Positions 1 to 9,805 of a stretch of 32,000 bases of DNA are shown piece by piece. This stretch comes from Candidatus Midichloria mitochondrii IricVA (lineage in GTDB: Bacteria > Pseudomonadota > Alphaproteobacteria > Rickettsiales > Midichloriaceae): the NCBI RefSeq assembly GCF_000219355.1, contig NC_015722.1, positions 90,001 to 122,000 of the forward strand, given 5' to 3'. Under the pieces are notes generated by a model, which did no database searches, had not been told where the DNA came from, and saw only the letters and a list, made by a program, of their open reading frames with translations. A program made the position numbers and the translations under genes. The stretch's first letter is position 1. The number at the start of each line of letters is the position of its first letter.

Positions 1-283
1 TAATCGCTAAAGGCAGAACGGAAATAAATTTTCTTTTTGCATTTGTGTTATTGTTGTCTATCATCATCACAGAAAACAGGAAGAGGACGGCTACCGCGCC
101 TACATACACAATAACTATGGTCATGGCTATATATTCTGCTCCTATCAAAATAAAAAGAGCTGCGGCATTAAAGAAGGCAAAAATCAGAAGTAAAACTGCG
201 TGAACAGGCTTCCTCAAGGATACCACTAATATCCCAGATAACAGTAAAAGTGCGCTAAAAAAGTAAAAAGTTAATTCTATCAT
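1..283 (-). CDS. nuoJ: NADH-quinone oxidoreductase subunit J, N-terminal part; the gene continues past the left edge of the window
   Basis: My own minus-strand translation from the ATG at 283-281 gives MIELTFYFFSALLLLSGILVVSLRKPVHAVLLLIFAFFNAAALFILIGAEYIAMTIVIVYVGAVAVLFLFSVMMID. This matches the conserved NuoJ core (FNAA.LF.L.GAE..AM..VIVYVGAVAVLFLF..MM). It is absent from the ORF track because it is cut by the window edge. Confidence 0.8.
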   Translation of the reverse strand, partial: MIELTFYFFSALLLLSGILVVSLRKPVHAVLLLIFAFFNAAALFILIGAEYIAMTIVIVYVGAVAVLFLFSVMMIDNNNTNAKRKFISVLPLAI

Positions 284-426
284 AGATACTCCTATATCGT
301 GCTTACCACAATCTTAAAACAAAAATTACCAGAGCCAAGAACATTTTCTAAGACTAATTGCGAAGCTAGCATGAATAAAGTGATGTTGCAATAGTGCTTT
401 TCGTCTTAAAGGCCTCTACTATCTGG

Positions 427-2397
427 CTAATTTATGGCAGTTGCGCTAAACAATTGTAAAACTTCTACTTTGGTATAATTTTTTTTAGCTATAGCTGCAT
501 TGTAATTAACTATATTTTCTAAGACTTTTTTTACATAAAGTCTTGTTTCTCCGTATGGCATAAGTTCTAACCAGTCAAGGACTTCATGTAGTTTTTTTAA
601 ATTCCTAGGATCTCCATATTCTGAGGTCCATCTGGCAACAGCATTTTCGCCGGCATTATAAGAAGCAATAGCCATTATATAATTATTATCCCAAAGCTCC
701 ATTAGCCTATCAACATAACATGCTCCAATGTTGATATTAGTTGAAGCATTACAGTCATAATCATTTTTTTCTAGTTTTAATTTTTTAGCATAATTCTCGG
801 CAGTTCTAGGCATGAGTTGCATTAACCCTCTTGCTCCTGCAGGGCTCAGCGCTTCATGATCAAAACCACTCTCTTGTCTAATGATTGCAAGATAAAGGGT
901 ATGATCATATTTCTTAGCAATTTTATGGATATCGGAATGCGATGGATAACTTGCTTCTATTATTGGACGTCCTGAGTTTGCGAGCTGCTTGGCTACCGCA
1001 ACAATTATAGGTACCTCCTCTAACTGCTCTAAAACCTTAGCAAGATCGGAATCGGATAAATCAAAATCTATTATATAACTTGCTAATTTATTTGCTTCTG
1101 CCTTAAGGCCACACTTATAAAGCGCTTTAGTCCAAATTATAACTTCTTCGATTCTCTTTTTATTGATTGCTTTTGGTGGGGTACGCTTTTTTTCATTGAT
1201 TGGGGTACGGTAATCCAGCTTGGAACCTACTTCTAAACTGGCCAGCTGTCCGTAAAAGAAGTGCGGGTAAGTTCTAGCTGCAAAGTTAAGCCAGTGGCTC
1301 ATTTTTTGTTTATCTCTAATTGCTTTATAAGCTCTTCCAAGCCAATATGCTCCTTGTGCCTTAGAGTGCGAAGTTTTAGCGGTATTAAACATGTTGTGGA
1401 AATGCTCTAGAGCACTTCTTGGATTGCCAAGCATCCTAAAGGTAATAAATCCTGCAAGCCATTCTGACTCAAAAAAATCCGGCCCTTGTTTTATTTGATT
1501 ACTTTTTGCTAGTTTTAAAGCGGTTTGATATTTTTTTTCTCTTAAAGCATTTCTAATTGCAATATTTTTTAGCTGCCACCACCTTACTGGAAATTCCTTA
1601 CAATTGGCTTGCAAGAGTAGGTCATATCCTGCTCGATATTTTTTTGCTGCATTAAGATGTCTTATATAAAAATAAAGCGCTACAGCTTTTAATTGAGGAC
1701 TAATTCGTTTGTTTTTAAAGAGTTTTTTAGCTGTCTCCATATTAGAGTTTGCTTTTATAAGCTCTTCATAAATACTTTTTTTAGCAGCTGGCAAAAACCT
1801 AATTAAATTTTTAGCTTCCTCAATTTTTTTGCACATTAAAAAAGTGCGAATTTTTGTTTCCAGAGAAGAAATATGAAATGACTTTATGTAAGTATTAATT
1901 AGATAGTTTTCGGTTTCAGACTGAAAAGTAGATTTTACCCATATTCTTTCAAGTCTTTCCAAGTCCTCTTCCGGGTGCATTTTTTCTCTTATAGCAGCAT
2001 CACATAAGAAAATTTGGCTGAGTGCAGTTTTTTTAGGCAAAATAGCAAGGAACCTTTTAACCTCCTTAAATGATAGAGAATTATTAAGTACTTTGTCAAA
2101 TCTATTAGGTAGAATTGCAGCTAACCAACTGTATTTTTTTGCCAAATATTCGGCGTCTCCTATGCTAGGTGCTATAGATCTATCCATTACAATAAATCTA
2201 ATAATATCATTTGTCATTGCAGCATTCACAGATTTATTGGCATACGCACATGCCGACTCAATGTCGCCATTAGCCAAACTGTTAACTGCTTCTCTTTGAG
2301 CTTTATCGAATTTTATATCAAACGAAATAGCGCTTTTAACGTGAGCAAGCACTAAAAGCAACCCAAACAACTGGTACACTAATCTCATTATTATCAA
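427..2397 (-). CDS. slt: soluble lytic murein transglycosylase (Slt70-like) with an N-terminal signal peptide
   Basis: 656 aa. Hydrophobic N-terminus, then a long helical superhelix-like region. The C-terminal catalytic motif IIRQESGFDHEALSPAGARGLMQLMPRTA and the downstream AIASYNAG are typical of family 1 lytic transglycosylases. Confidence 0.85.
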   Translation of the reverse strand: MIIMRLVYQLFGLLLVLAHVKSAISFDIKFDKAQREAVNSLANGDIESACAYANKSVNAAMTNDIIRFIVMDRSIAPSIGDAEYLAKKYSWLAAILPNRFDKVLNNSLSFKEVKRFLAILPKKTALSQIFLCDAAIREKMHPEEDLERLERIWVKSTFQSETENYLINTYIKSFHISSLETKIRTFLMCKKIEEAKNLIRFLPAAKKSIYEELIKANSNMETAKKLFKNKRISPQLKAVALYFYIRHLNAAKKYRAGYDLLLQANCKEFPVRWWQLKNIAIRNALREKKYQTALKLAKSNQIKQGPDFFESEWLAGFITFRMLGNPRSALEHFHNMFNTAKTSHSKAQGAYWLGRAYKAIRDKQKMSHWLNFAARTYPHFFYGQLASLEVGSKLDYRTPINEKKRTPPKAINKKRIEEVIIWTKALYKCGLKAEANKLASYIIDFDLSDSDLAKVLEQLEEVPIIVAVAKQLANSGRPIIEASYPSHSDIHKIAKKYDHTLYLAIIRQESGFDHEALSPAGARGLMQLMPRTAENYAKKLKLEKNDYDCNASTNINIGACYVDRLMELWDNNYIMAIASYNAGENAVARWTSEYGDPRNLKKLHEVLDWLELMPYGETRLYVKKVLENIVNYNAAIAKKNYTKVEVLQLFSATAIN

Positions 2398-2411
2398 TAA
2401 ATTACTCGTAG

Positions 2412-3434
2412 TTATATCCTTCCTATCAGTATTGCAGCAAATACTAAAAAAGCAAATCCAACATTTGATTTAAATTTTTTCCCGCAATCATTTTCATTTA
2501 GTATATCTAAGTTTTCAATTTGCCAATATAAATGATAAGCAGCAATTGCCATTCCTATATAAAAAAAGAAATTTAAGTGCATATGAAGGCCTGCTATGCA
2601 TATTAGCGCCACCGTAATCTGATAAAAAGACCAAATAAGCGTGGGACCTCTTTCTTTAAACTTTATTGCTGTGGATTTTAAGTTTAACTTTATATCATCT
2701 TTAATATCCTGATAAGAATAAATTGTATCGTACCCTAAGGTCCAGATTGCAGCAGCTACATAAATTAAGATCGGGGGCCAACTTACCGTGCCCCTTAATG
2801 TTGCCCAAGCAATTAGAACTCCTATATTAAAGGTTAAGCCTAAAAACAATTGAGGAAAATAAGTGACCCTCTTCATAAGAGGATAAATTGCAATTGGAAC
2901 TAGAGCAAAAACTCCTATATATATCGCACTCTTTGGCAACATAAAAAGTAATATTGCGGCAAATAAAAGTAAAGCAAGCATAATTTGTAAGGCTTGTTTT
3001 ACTGGGAGTTCTTTATTAGCAAGGGGTCTGTTTTTGGTGCGTTCAACTTTACTATCAAGATCTCTATCAAAAATATCATTAATTATACAACCCGCACCTC
3101 TCATAAATACGGCCCCCATAAAGAAAAATAAACAGAAAAACAAAATGGATATAGGATTGCTAGCTGCCAAGCCGATAATCCACCATATTGGAAGCACTAA
3201 TAGCAGTAGCGGGGCAGGCTTATCAAGACGCATTAAGCGCACTATTGGATCATTGATGTTGATGAGGGCAGAATAACCTTTGGTGATATGGCTTCTAACG
3301 CTACTCAAAATTTGCAAAACATAAGCTATAAAGAGCCAAATTAGTTTGTTTAATCTTGAGAAATTATCATTTGGTTGCTTTTTCATCGCCTGGCAATATA
3401 TAATCGGTTCCTTCCCAAGGACTTGCGAAGTCAA
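2412..3434 (-). CDS. ubiA: 4-hydroxybenzoate polyprenyltransferase (ubiquinone biosynthesis)
   Basis: Polytopic membrane protein with [12 protein letters not shown] and the UbiA aspartate-rich motif [21 protein letters not shown]. The start is uncertain: the 3434 start overlaps nuoC by 68 nt, and the internal ATG (MKKQ, about 3386) still overlaps it by 20 nt. Confidence 0.85.
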   Translation of the reverse strand: MTSQVLGKEPIIYCQAMKKQPNDNFSRLNKLIWLFIAYVLQILSSVRSHITKGYSALININDPIVRLMRLDKPAPLLLLVLPIWWIIGLAASNPISILFFCLFFFMGAVFMRGAGCIINDIFDRDLDSKVERTKNRPLANKELPVKQALQIMLALLLFAAILLFMLPKSAIYIGVFALVPIAIYPLMKRVTYFPQLFLGLTFNIGVLIAWATLRGTVSWPPILIYVAAAIWTLGYDTIYSYQDIKDDIKLNLKSTAIKFKERGPTLIWSFYQITVALICIAGLHMHLNFFFYIGMAIAAYHLYWQIENLDILNENDCGKKFKSNVGFAFLVFAAILIGRI

Positions 3435-3969
3435 AGCTTCTGAAATCCTGTGTTAATTTAACTTTTTCATATATAACTTTTTTCTTCTCTATGTCATATC
3501 GTACTTCGGAGAATCCAGTAAGCGGAAAATCCTTGCGCATAGGATGCCCTATAAACCCATAATCAGTTAAGATTCTTCTTAAATCGGGATGGCCAGAAAA
3601 ATAGATACCATACATATCCCAAGCTTCTCTTTCATACCAGTTTGCTGCGCTATAAATGTCACAGACACTCGGTACTAACTGGTCTTCCTTAGCATTTATT
3701 TTAATAGTTAGTCTAAGATTAGAGGTGAGACTTAACAGGTTATATACAACTTGGAACCGATCTTCTCTATCCGGGTAATCAACACCGCATAAGTCAGTCA
3801 AAACTTGAAAAGAGAATTTTTCGTTAGTTTTTAAAAAGACCAAAAAGTCTCTCAAAAAATTTAAACCTAAAATCACAAAAAGTTCATTGTGCTCTATATG
3901 ATAATTAATCATGGCGTGTTTGCGATCCGAAGATAACAAAAAGTCTTTAAATGATTCTAGGTCTTGCAT
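3367..3969 (-). CDS. nuoC: NADH-quinone oxidoreductase subunit C (30 kDa subunit)
   Basis: 200 aa with the NuoC signature [43 protein letters not shown]. No nuoA/B lies upstream and no nuoD lies downstream. Confidence 0.9.
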   Translation of the reverse strand: MQDLESFKDFLLSSDRKHAMINYHIEHNELFVILGLNFLRDFLVFLKTNEKFSFQVLTDLCGVDYPDREDRFQVVYNLLSLTSNLRLTIKINAKEDQLVPSVCDIYSAANWYEREAWDMYGIYFSGHPDLRRILTDYGFIGHPMRKDFPLTGFSEVRYDIEKKKVIYEKVKLTQDFRSFDFASPWEGTDYILPGDEKATK

Positions 3970-4125
3970 ATCAATTTAGGGACATCAAAAAGCTTAAAGA
4001 AAGCATAACAGAGTAAAGATATAATATCAAATAATCTGTAAAGGTTAATAAGTAAAAATAGGAAGGGTGATAGTATAAAAATTATTAATTACATAAAGAA
4101 CAATAAAAGTAGAATTACCATTGAG

Positions 4126-4711
4126 TTGGAGCAAATAGAAAATTCTGGAATTGAGATGATTGTTGAGACTTTAAAAAATAGTCAAATTGCGAATCCTGTA
4201 GTAAAATTCTCTAAACCAAAATCTGAAAAGGAGCAAACTATTTTTCGAGGGTTAGAGGGGAGCAAGACTATCGAATTCGCGGTCGATGCTGGATGTACTA
4301 AATATAAGCGGGAAATAGTGTAATTGCTAAGAATAAAGGCTTACCTGAGAAAGCAAAAAAAGTCGTGGAAAAAATCAAGAATGATTCTCGTGCTTCTTAT
4401 GCCTCATATAGGGGGTTCGCAGGCGATTTAACACGAGAAGATTTCAGCGCATTTGCAATGTTTGCAAATACAGATGTTATAGGCGATAAAAATATTATGT
4501 TGATGAATACTATTTTCATACTATTGGGGCAGAAGTAACCCTTGAAGAAGCTTGTAATGAACTCACAGCAAGTATGGAGAATTTAGAGTTGCTCGACGAT
4601 CGATTTTGTGAGGCAATCAGTTCTCATAACGCTGTAGAAGTGAACACAGTTGATGACCAACTGAACTTAATATGTGATAGCACTATGGATACCACCATCG
4701 ATTTTAGTTAA
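4126..4711 (+). pseudogene. decayed gene of unknown function, readable as three consecutive segments in three different frames
   Basis: Frame 1, 4126-4323 (MEQIENSGIEMIVETLKNSQ...). Frame 3, 4323-4538 (IAKNKGLPEKAKKVVEKIKNDSRASYASYRGFAGDLTREDFSAFAMFANTDVIGDKN...). Frame 2, 4541-4711 (LEEACNELTASMENLELLDDRFCEAISSHNAVEVNTVDDQLNLICDSTMDTTIDFS). Each segment is protein-like in composition and ends where the next begins. I do not recognise a family. Confidence 0.5.
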
Positions 4712-5321
4712 GTTTTGAGGTAAAGAGCTCTAATAAAGCTGTTGAAGGTTTAATTGCTGACAGAGAGCTTTTATTGATTTTTTCTATCTTAGGAAACTCC
4801 TGAAGCACTCTGACTTTACCATAATATTCTATGGCTTTTTTATTCTCTTCGTTTTTATCGCCATTCATGATAACTCCAAGGATTTTAATATTTCTGTTTG
4901 TCAAAGCTCCTAACGTGAGGCATGTGTGGTTAATAGTGCCAAGAGTTGATTTAGCGACCACAATCACTGGTAAATTTAAGTGTTGAATTAAGTCCAAGAT
5001 TGTGTGCCGTTCATTAATAGGTACTAAAATACCTCCTGCTCCTTCTACTATAAGGGGTTCAAGTAGTGGCACCTGAATCTTATTGATATCAAGGGTTTTG
5101 TTATCGAGACGAGCGGCAAGATGAGGAGACGAGGGGTGCGTTAAACGTTCATATTCTTGAATCGTGTTAATTCCTAATTGCTGAGCAAATTCCTTATCCG
5201 TAAGAGGTGTAGAACCGGATTGAATTGGCTTCCAATAGTGGCAATTAAAATGCAAGCATAACCACGATGATATGATGGTTTTGCCGATATCTGTATCAGT
5301 TCCTGTAACAAAAATTTTCAT
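4704..5321 (-). CDS. bioD: dethiobiotin synthetase
   Basis: 205 aa. N-terminal P-loop MKIFVTGTDTDIGKT and EGAGG motif. Overlaps bioC by 4 nt. Confidence 0.85.
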   Translation of the reverse strand: MKIFVTGTDTDIGKTIISSWLCLHFNCHYWKPIQSGSTPLTDKEFAQQLGINTIQEYERLTHPSSPHLAARLDNKTLDINKIQVPLLEPLIVEGAGGILVPINERHTILDLIQHLNLPVIVVAKSTLGTINHTCLTLGALTNRNIKILGVIMNGDKNEENKKAIEYYGKVRVLQEFPKIEKINKSSLSAIKPSTALLELFTSKLN

Positions 5322-6049
5322 TTCTCCAGTATAGCGAAAAATACTTCGTAGCGGGTCTCAATTGGTTCTTTATAGTTATCCAAAAGATTTTTTACTAGGT
5401 ATTTGTTACCATTATTATTTACATTCGCGCCCAATTTTTTAAGATACTTAATCATTTCAAGAGCGTTATTAAATTTTATCATATATGACCTATTAAGAAA
5501 CCTATACCTACGAGGGTTGAGGCATAGGCAAATTTCTTCCAATTCTTTTTTAGTATGAAAATTAGGAGGAGAGATGTTAAATTGATACAGTATTTCATAC
5601 CACTCTTTGAAATTCTCTTTTAGTAATGTTGAAAATGATAGCACGGCAGTTTTGTTGTAAAGTTTTTTTAGTACGCCTTTTATATCAGGAAACCATTGTA
5701 GAGACATACTTGAAGTTACGAGATCTGAATATTCGAAATCTAGAGTACTAGCATCTCCTACAAGATAATTGATATTCTGAAAATTAATAAATTTTGCTTT
5801 TGCAATTTCAATCATATTGCAAGCCAAATCGTTTGCGGTATAAGTAGCATGGGGTAGGTGTTTTAAGAGTTCTTCTATTACAAAGCCGGTGCCTGTTCCA
5901 ATGTCAATAATCTGTTTAGGCTCCTTATTAACCATATTATCAAGAATTTCTTTGACTAACATGTGAGCAATTAATCTTTGTATATGTCCTACTGACTCAT
6001 AGCTTGTAGCACTTTTATTGAAAGAATGTTGCACTTGTTTTAAAAACAT
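5318..6049 (-). CDS. bioC: malonyl-ACP O-methyltransferase (class I SAM-dependent methyltransferase)
   Basis: 243 aa. F.K.A..Y.....IQR N-terminus like E. coli BioC, and the SAM-binding motif IIDIGTGTG. Sits between bioH-like and bioD. Confidence 0.7.
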   Translation of the reverse strand: MFLKQVQHSFNKSATSYESVGHIQRLIAHMLVKEILDNMVNKEPKQIIDIGTGTGFVIEELLKHLPHATYTANDLACNMIEIAKAKFINFQNINYLVGDASTLDFEYSDLVTSSMSLQWFPDIKGVLKKLYNKTAVLSFSTLLKENFKEWYEILYQFNISPPNFHTKKELEEICLCLNPRRYRFLNRSYMIKFNNALEMIKYLKKLGANVNNNGNKYLVKNLLDNYKEPIETRYEVFFAILEK

Positions 6050-6668
6050 TTTAGAAACTCCTTAATTGATATGGCAACTTGCTCGCTATTGAGAAATCCT
6101 AATAAATGTTTAGAATTTGGCATCTTTTTTAATTGTACGTTTGGATAATTTTTGAAATTTTCTTCTACGATGTCTACCGGCACCACTTCATCATCTGCGG
6201 TATATAAAATAAGAATTGGTAGCTCACTAAATTTCTCAAATAGCGAGACGTGGGTATATGATAACAAATTAAGGTCATTTGTCATTCTATAGAAATCGAT
6301 GTCATTTGCTACAATTCCATTAAAGCTTTCTATAGTATTCTTGGGACTATCGTTAAAATTTTTTGCATTATTGTAAGCTCCAGTGTTCTCCTTCGGTTGA
6401 GACTTTTATCAGATGATAAAAAATTATTAAATGCTTGAAGCCCAATTAAAGCTTTGAAGGTGTTTTTTGATTGTAGCAATTTGACTAAACCAAGAGAATG
6501 CCCGACACTGATCCAATGAATTTTTTTATCGACCTGTGGCAAATACTCCAATCCATAGTAGCCGTGATCCAACACAATGCATGGATGCTCTTTGAAGTGT
6601 GGTAAAAGATTATCCCAATAAGATTTATTAAAAGCCCAACCATGTGAAAAAATAAAACCTAACTTCAT
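6040..6668 (-). pseudogene. bioH: bioH-like alpha/beta hydrolase (pimeloyl-ACP methyl ester esterase candidate), split by a frameshift
   Basis: The N-terminal ORF 6330-6668 carries the nucleophile elbow GHSLG. The C-terminal ORF 6040-6285 carries the acid (TADDEVV) and histidine (NSKHL) parts of the triad. By my translation the C-terminal frame stays open upstream to 6405, so a single-base shift lies between about 6330 and 6405. Confidence 0.65.
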
Positions 6669-7819
6669 AAAGTGCTTAATGTATGAAGCAGTTGGCTGAT
6701 GTCATCTTTAGAATGGGCTGTAGAAAGAGCTATTCTAATCCTTGCATATGGTACTGTTGGTTGTCTTACAGCTGAAACCACAATGTTTTTATCCCTTAAT
6801 TTATTAGCTATTTCGACTACTAATTTGTTATCTTTTAATGCAATAGGAACAATATGTGTTGTGGATAAGCCAGTATCAAAGCCCATTTTTCTTAATTCTT
6901 CTCTTAGAAAGTTTGCATTATTAAACAGCTCTAAGCGTTCTTTATTAAGGGTAGAAATCTTATCCCAAGCTTTAGCAGCTGCACCAACGACCATAGGGGA
7001 GAGAGCGGTAGAATATATAAAACCTGAGCATTTATTAATTAAATAATCCTTAATATCTTCTGAGCAGGCAACGTAAGCACCGCATCCCCCCATTGCTTTG
7101 CTAAAAGTACCCATAGCTACGTAATTGATTTCATTATGATCTAAATAAGTCGAAAGGCCGTACCCTTTTTCTCCTAATATTCCTGTTGCATGCGCTTCAT
7201 CCAAAAATAAGAAGACCTCATATCTTTTACAAATTCCAGCAATTTTATTGATATCTAAAATATCGCCATCCATTCCATATAAGGTTTCTGCAATAAGGAA
7301 TTTAGGCCTGGTATCTGTGCTATAAGAATCCAGTAAGTCAGCTAAATGATTGTAGTTGCTGTGATTATACCTAATTAATTGAGCTCCAGCTAGCTTCACC
7401 CCCTGATATAAACTTGAATGGTTAAGCTTATCAAAAAAAACTAAGGGCTGGGCTTTTAAAACATCAGCTAGTAAAAGCGTAGAAATAACAGAGATATTTG
7501 CTTGATATCCAGAATTAAATATCAGTGCTGCTTCTGTATTTTTATCCTTTGCAATTTTTTCTTCTAATTCATGAAAAATAATTTTATTGCCTGAAAGCAG
7601 CCTTGATCCAGTGCTTCCAACGCCAAAAGTTTTGCCTGCATTGTAAGCGGCTGCTAGTATTTCTTGACTATTAGAAAAATTTAGGTAGTCATTGCTACTA
7701 AAATCAATAAAAGGATTGTTTTGCTTAGTGTGTTTGATTTCTCTGAAAATATTGTTTTCCCTTAGTTCCAAACAGTAGCTTTTATATGATTCTAATTTTT
7801 TATATGATTCTAATTGCAT
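6665..7819 (-). CDS. bioF: 8-amino-7-oxononanoate synthase
   Basis: 384 aa. [10 protein letters not shown] near the N-terminus at the same offset as in E. coli BioF. PLP-lysine motif [13 protein letters not shown] and DEAHATG. Confidence 0.85.
   Translation of the reverse strand: MQLESYKKLESYKSYCLELRENNIFREIKHTKQNNPFIDFSSNDYLNFSNSQEILAAAYNAGKTFGVGSTGSRLLSGNKIIFHELEEKIAKDKNTEAALIFNSGYQANISVISTLLLADVLKAQPLVFFDKLNHSSLYQGVKLAGAQLIRYNHSNYNHLADLLDSYSTDTRPKFLIAETLYGMDGDILDINKIAGICKRYEVFLFLDEAHATGILGEKGYGLSTYLDHNEINYVAMGTFSKAMGGCGAYVACSEDIKDYLINKCSGFIYSTALSPMVVGAAAKAWDKISTLNKERLELFNNANFLREELRKMGFDTGLSTTHIVPIALKDNKLVVEIANKLRDKNIVVSAVRQPTVPYARIRIALSTAHSKDDISQLLHTLSTL
7780..7815. repeat. perfect 18-bp tandem duplication (TTTTATATGATTCTAATT x2) at the bioF/bioB head-to-head junction
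   Basis: Read directly: 7780-7797 and 7798-7815 are identical. On the minus strand it encodes the in-frame duplication [12 protein letters not shown] at BioF residues 7-18 (N-terminus [15 protein letters not shown]). Confidence 0.9.
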
Positions 7820-7834
7820 AAGGTTAATAAATAT

Positions 7835-8773
7835 ATGACATCAAAAAAATGGTTATTTGAGGAAGCATTTGAGTTATTCAATTCTCCATTCCACGAATTG
7901 ATTTACCAAGCTCAGACGGTTCATCGAGAGAATTTTAATCCTAAAAAAATTCAAGTTAGTACGCTTTTAAGCATTAAAACAGGCAGTTGTCCAGAAAATT
8001 GTTCTTACTGCCCACAATCAGCGCATTTCGATACTGGACTGAAAAAAGAAGGACTGATGGGATTAGATAGAGTTCTGGATGCAGCTAAGAAAGCTAAAGA
8101 AGCTGGGAGTCAAAGGTTTTGTATGGGAGCAGCTTGGCGGGGCCCGCGTGATCAAGATTTAGAAAAAGTCTGTGAAATGGTCAAAGAAGTAAAAAAGCTT
8201 GGTCTTGAAACTTGTGTGACTTTAGGGCTGTTAAAAGGGCATCAAGCTCAAATGTTAAAAGATGCTGGATTAGATTTTTATAATCACAATATTGACACGT
8301 CTCCTGATTATTATGAAGAGATTATCACTACCAGATGCTTTGAGGATAGATTAAACACCATAGAGCATGTTCAAAAGGCTGGAATTAAGGTCTGCTGTGG
8401 TGGTATTTTAGGAATGGGTGAATCAAGTGAGGATAGAATCAGGATGCTATTAGTGCTTGCCAATATGGACAGTCCACCCGAATCAGTACCAATAAATAAG
8501 CTAATTAGAATTCCTGGAACGCCTTTGGAGGATGGTGAGGATATTAGTCCTATTGAGTTTGTGCGCACCATTGCATTGGCAAGGGTTATGATGCCGAGGT
8601 CTTATATTAGGCTTTCGGCTGGAAGAAGTGAAATGAGCGAAGAGCTACAAGCTTTGTGTTTTTTTAGCGGAGCGAATTCTTTATTCTATGGTGAACAATT
8701 GCTTACTGCTCCAAACCCTGTGCCTTATCAGGATAATCAACTGTTTGAAAGGTTAGGGCTCGAAAGGCTATAG
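7835..8773 (+). CDS. bioB: biotin synthase (radical SAM)
   Basis: [11 protein letters not shown] radical-SAM CxxxCxxC motif. [30 protein letters not shown] aligns end to end with the E. coli BioN-terminus, so I prefer the ATG at 7835. The ORF-track start at 7814 would overlap the bioF start codon. Confidence 0.9.
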   Translation: MTSKKWLFEEAFELFNSPFHELIYQAQTVHRENFNPKKIQVSTLLSIKTGSCPENCSYCPQSAHFDTGLKKEGLMGLDRVLDAAKKAKEAGSQRFCMGAAWRGPRDQDLEKVCEMVKEVKKLGLETCVTLGLLKGHQAQMLKDAGLDFYNHNIDTSPDYYEEIITTRCFEDRLNTIEHVQKAGIKVCCGGILGMGESSEDRIRMLLVLANMDSPPESVPINKLIRIPGTPLEDGEDISPIEFVRTIALARVMMPRSYIRLSAGRSEMSEELQALCFFSGANSLFYGEQLLTAPNPVPYQDNQLFERLGLERL

Positions 8774-9152
8774 GTTCAAAGTTGCGTTCGGAAGAAAAAC
8801 GGGAGCAATTATTTGAAATAGTTATTGACATATACTAATAGTAGCTGTACCCGTTGCTCAAAGGTGTTATAGAGAATTCTGTATTGAGAATAACCCAGAT
8901 GAAATTTAAGAAATTAAGTAAGTGCATTATTGGTTTTTCGAGGTGAGGTAGTGTCTGTGACATGTGTAGTTATGATTCGATATTTTTCAAGAGCCTTATT
9001 AATAAAAAAATACTAAATATTTCTTTACTTTAGTGCGCCATGGTATTCAAATGAGAAGTAAGCTCTGGTCTGTTGGATCGTGGTCTTATTTGTAAGAGAA
9101 TTTCTCTAATGGTTCGTAACTTGCCGGAGTAATGCAATGGGGAGGAATAGGA

Positions 9153-9719
9153 ATGCAAATATTGATTTCTGGCAAGCATCTGGATGTGGGTGAGTCCTTA
9201 CGCCAACATATCACGTTTTCTGTTGAGCATAATGTGATAAAGTTCTTTGAATATGCAATCAAGTCCCACGTTACTATTTCAAAACAAAATCACTTATTCA
9301 AAACTGATATTATTGTTAATGAAGGGACTGGAACGGGGACTATAGTAAAAAGTAATGCTCAAGGCTTTGATCCTTATAAAAGCTTTGACGAAGCTATGGC
9401 AAAATTGGCTAAGCAGTTACGAAGATATAAATCAAAAATAAGAAATCATCATAGAAGAAAGATTGAGCCGGGTACTTACCTGGATAGTGTAAAGTATGTT
9501 ATTGAAACACGAAAGGATGATGTAGATGAAGCAGCTGATGAAACGCCTATAATCATAGCTGAAAAGCCATTCCAAATTGAAAGAATGAGTGTGTCAGATG
9601 CAGTAATGCATATGGACATTATGGACTTGCCGGCTTATATGTTTATAAATGGCCAAACAGGTGCTACCAATGTTGTTTATTATAGAAAGGACGGAAATAT
9701 TTCCTGGATAAGAAGATAG
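9153..9719 (+). CDS. hpf: ribosome hibernation promoting factor, long form (sigma-54 modulation protein / RaiA family)
   Basis: MQILISGKHLDVGESLRQHI N-terminus, a basic linker, and a C-terminal dimerisation domain (PIIIAEKPFQIERMSVSDAVMHMDIMDLPAYMFIN). GGAGGA lies 5 nt upstream of the ATG at 9153. The ORF track extends it to 9132. Confidence 0.8.
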   Translation: MQILISGKHLDVGESLRQHITFSVEHNVIKFFEYAIKSHVTISKQNHLFKTDIIVNEGTGTGTIVKSNAQGFDPYKSFDEAMAKLAKQLRRYKSKIRNHHRRKIEPGTYLDSVKYVIETRKDDVDEAADETPIIIAEKPFQIERMSVSDAVMHMDIMDLPAYMFINGQTGATNVVYYRKDGNISWIRR

Positions 9720-9805
9720 TTTTAAGGGAGATGCTCTCTTATTGGCAGCTAGACCCGGTATAGTCCCTTATAGATGGCACAGTAGGTGTAGTGTAATATT
9801 CTTTA

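Noticed and set aside
7814-7834. The bioB start at ATG 7814 given by the ORF track.
   Set aside because: It would overlap the divergent bioF start codon. The ATG at 7835 gives an N-terminus that aligns residue for residue with E. coli BioB, so 7835 is preferred. This is not proven.
8774-9152. The unusually long (about 380 bp) bioB-hpf spacer. It contains a short open stretch (SKLRSEEKREQLFEIVIDIY) reminiscent of a TetR-like N-terminus, and a TTGACA hexamer at 8823-8828.
   Set aside because: The open stretch is only about 21 codons, and no matching -10 element lies at proper spacing. I recognised no ncRNA signature (4.5S, 6S, tmRNA, RNase P). Too little evidence to call anything.
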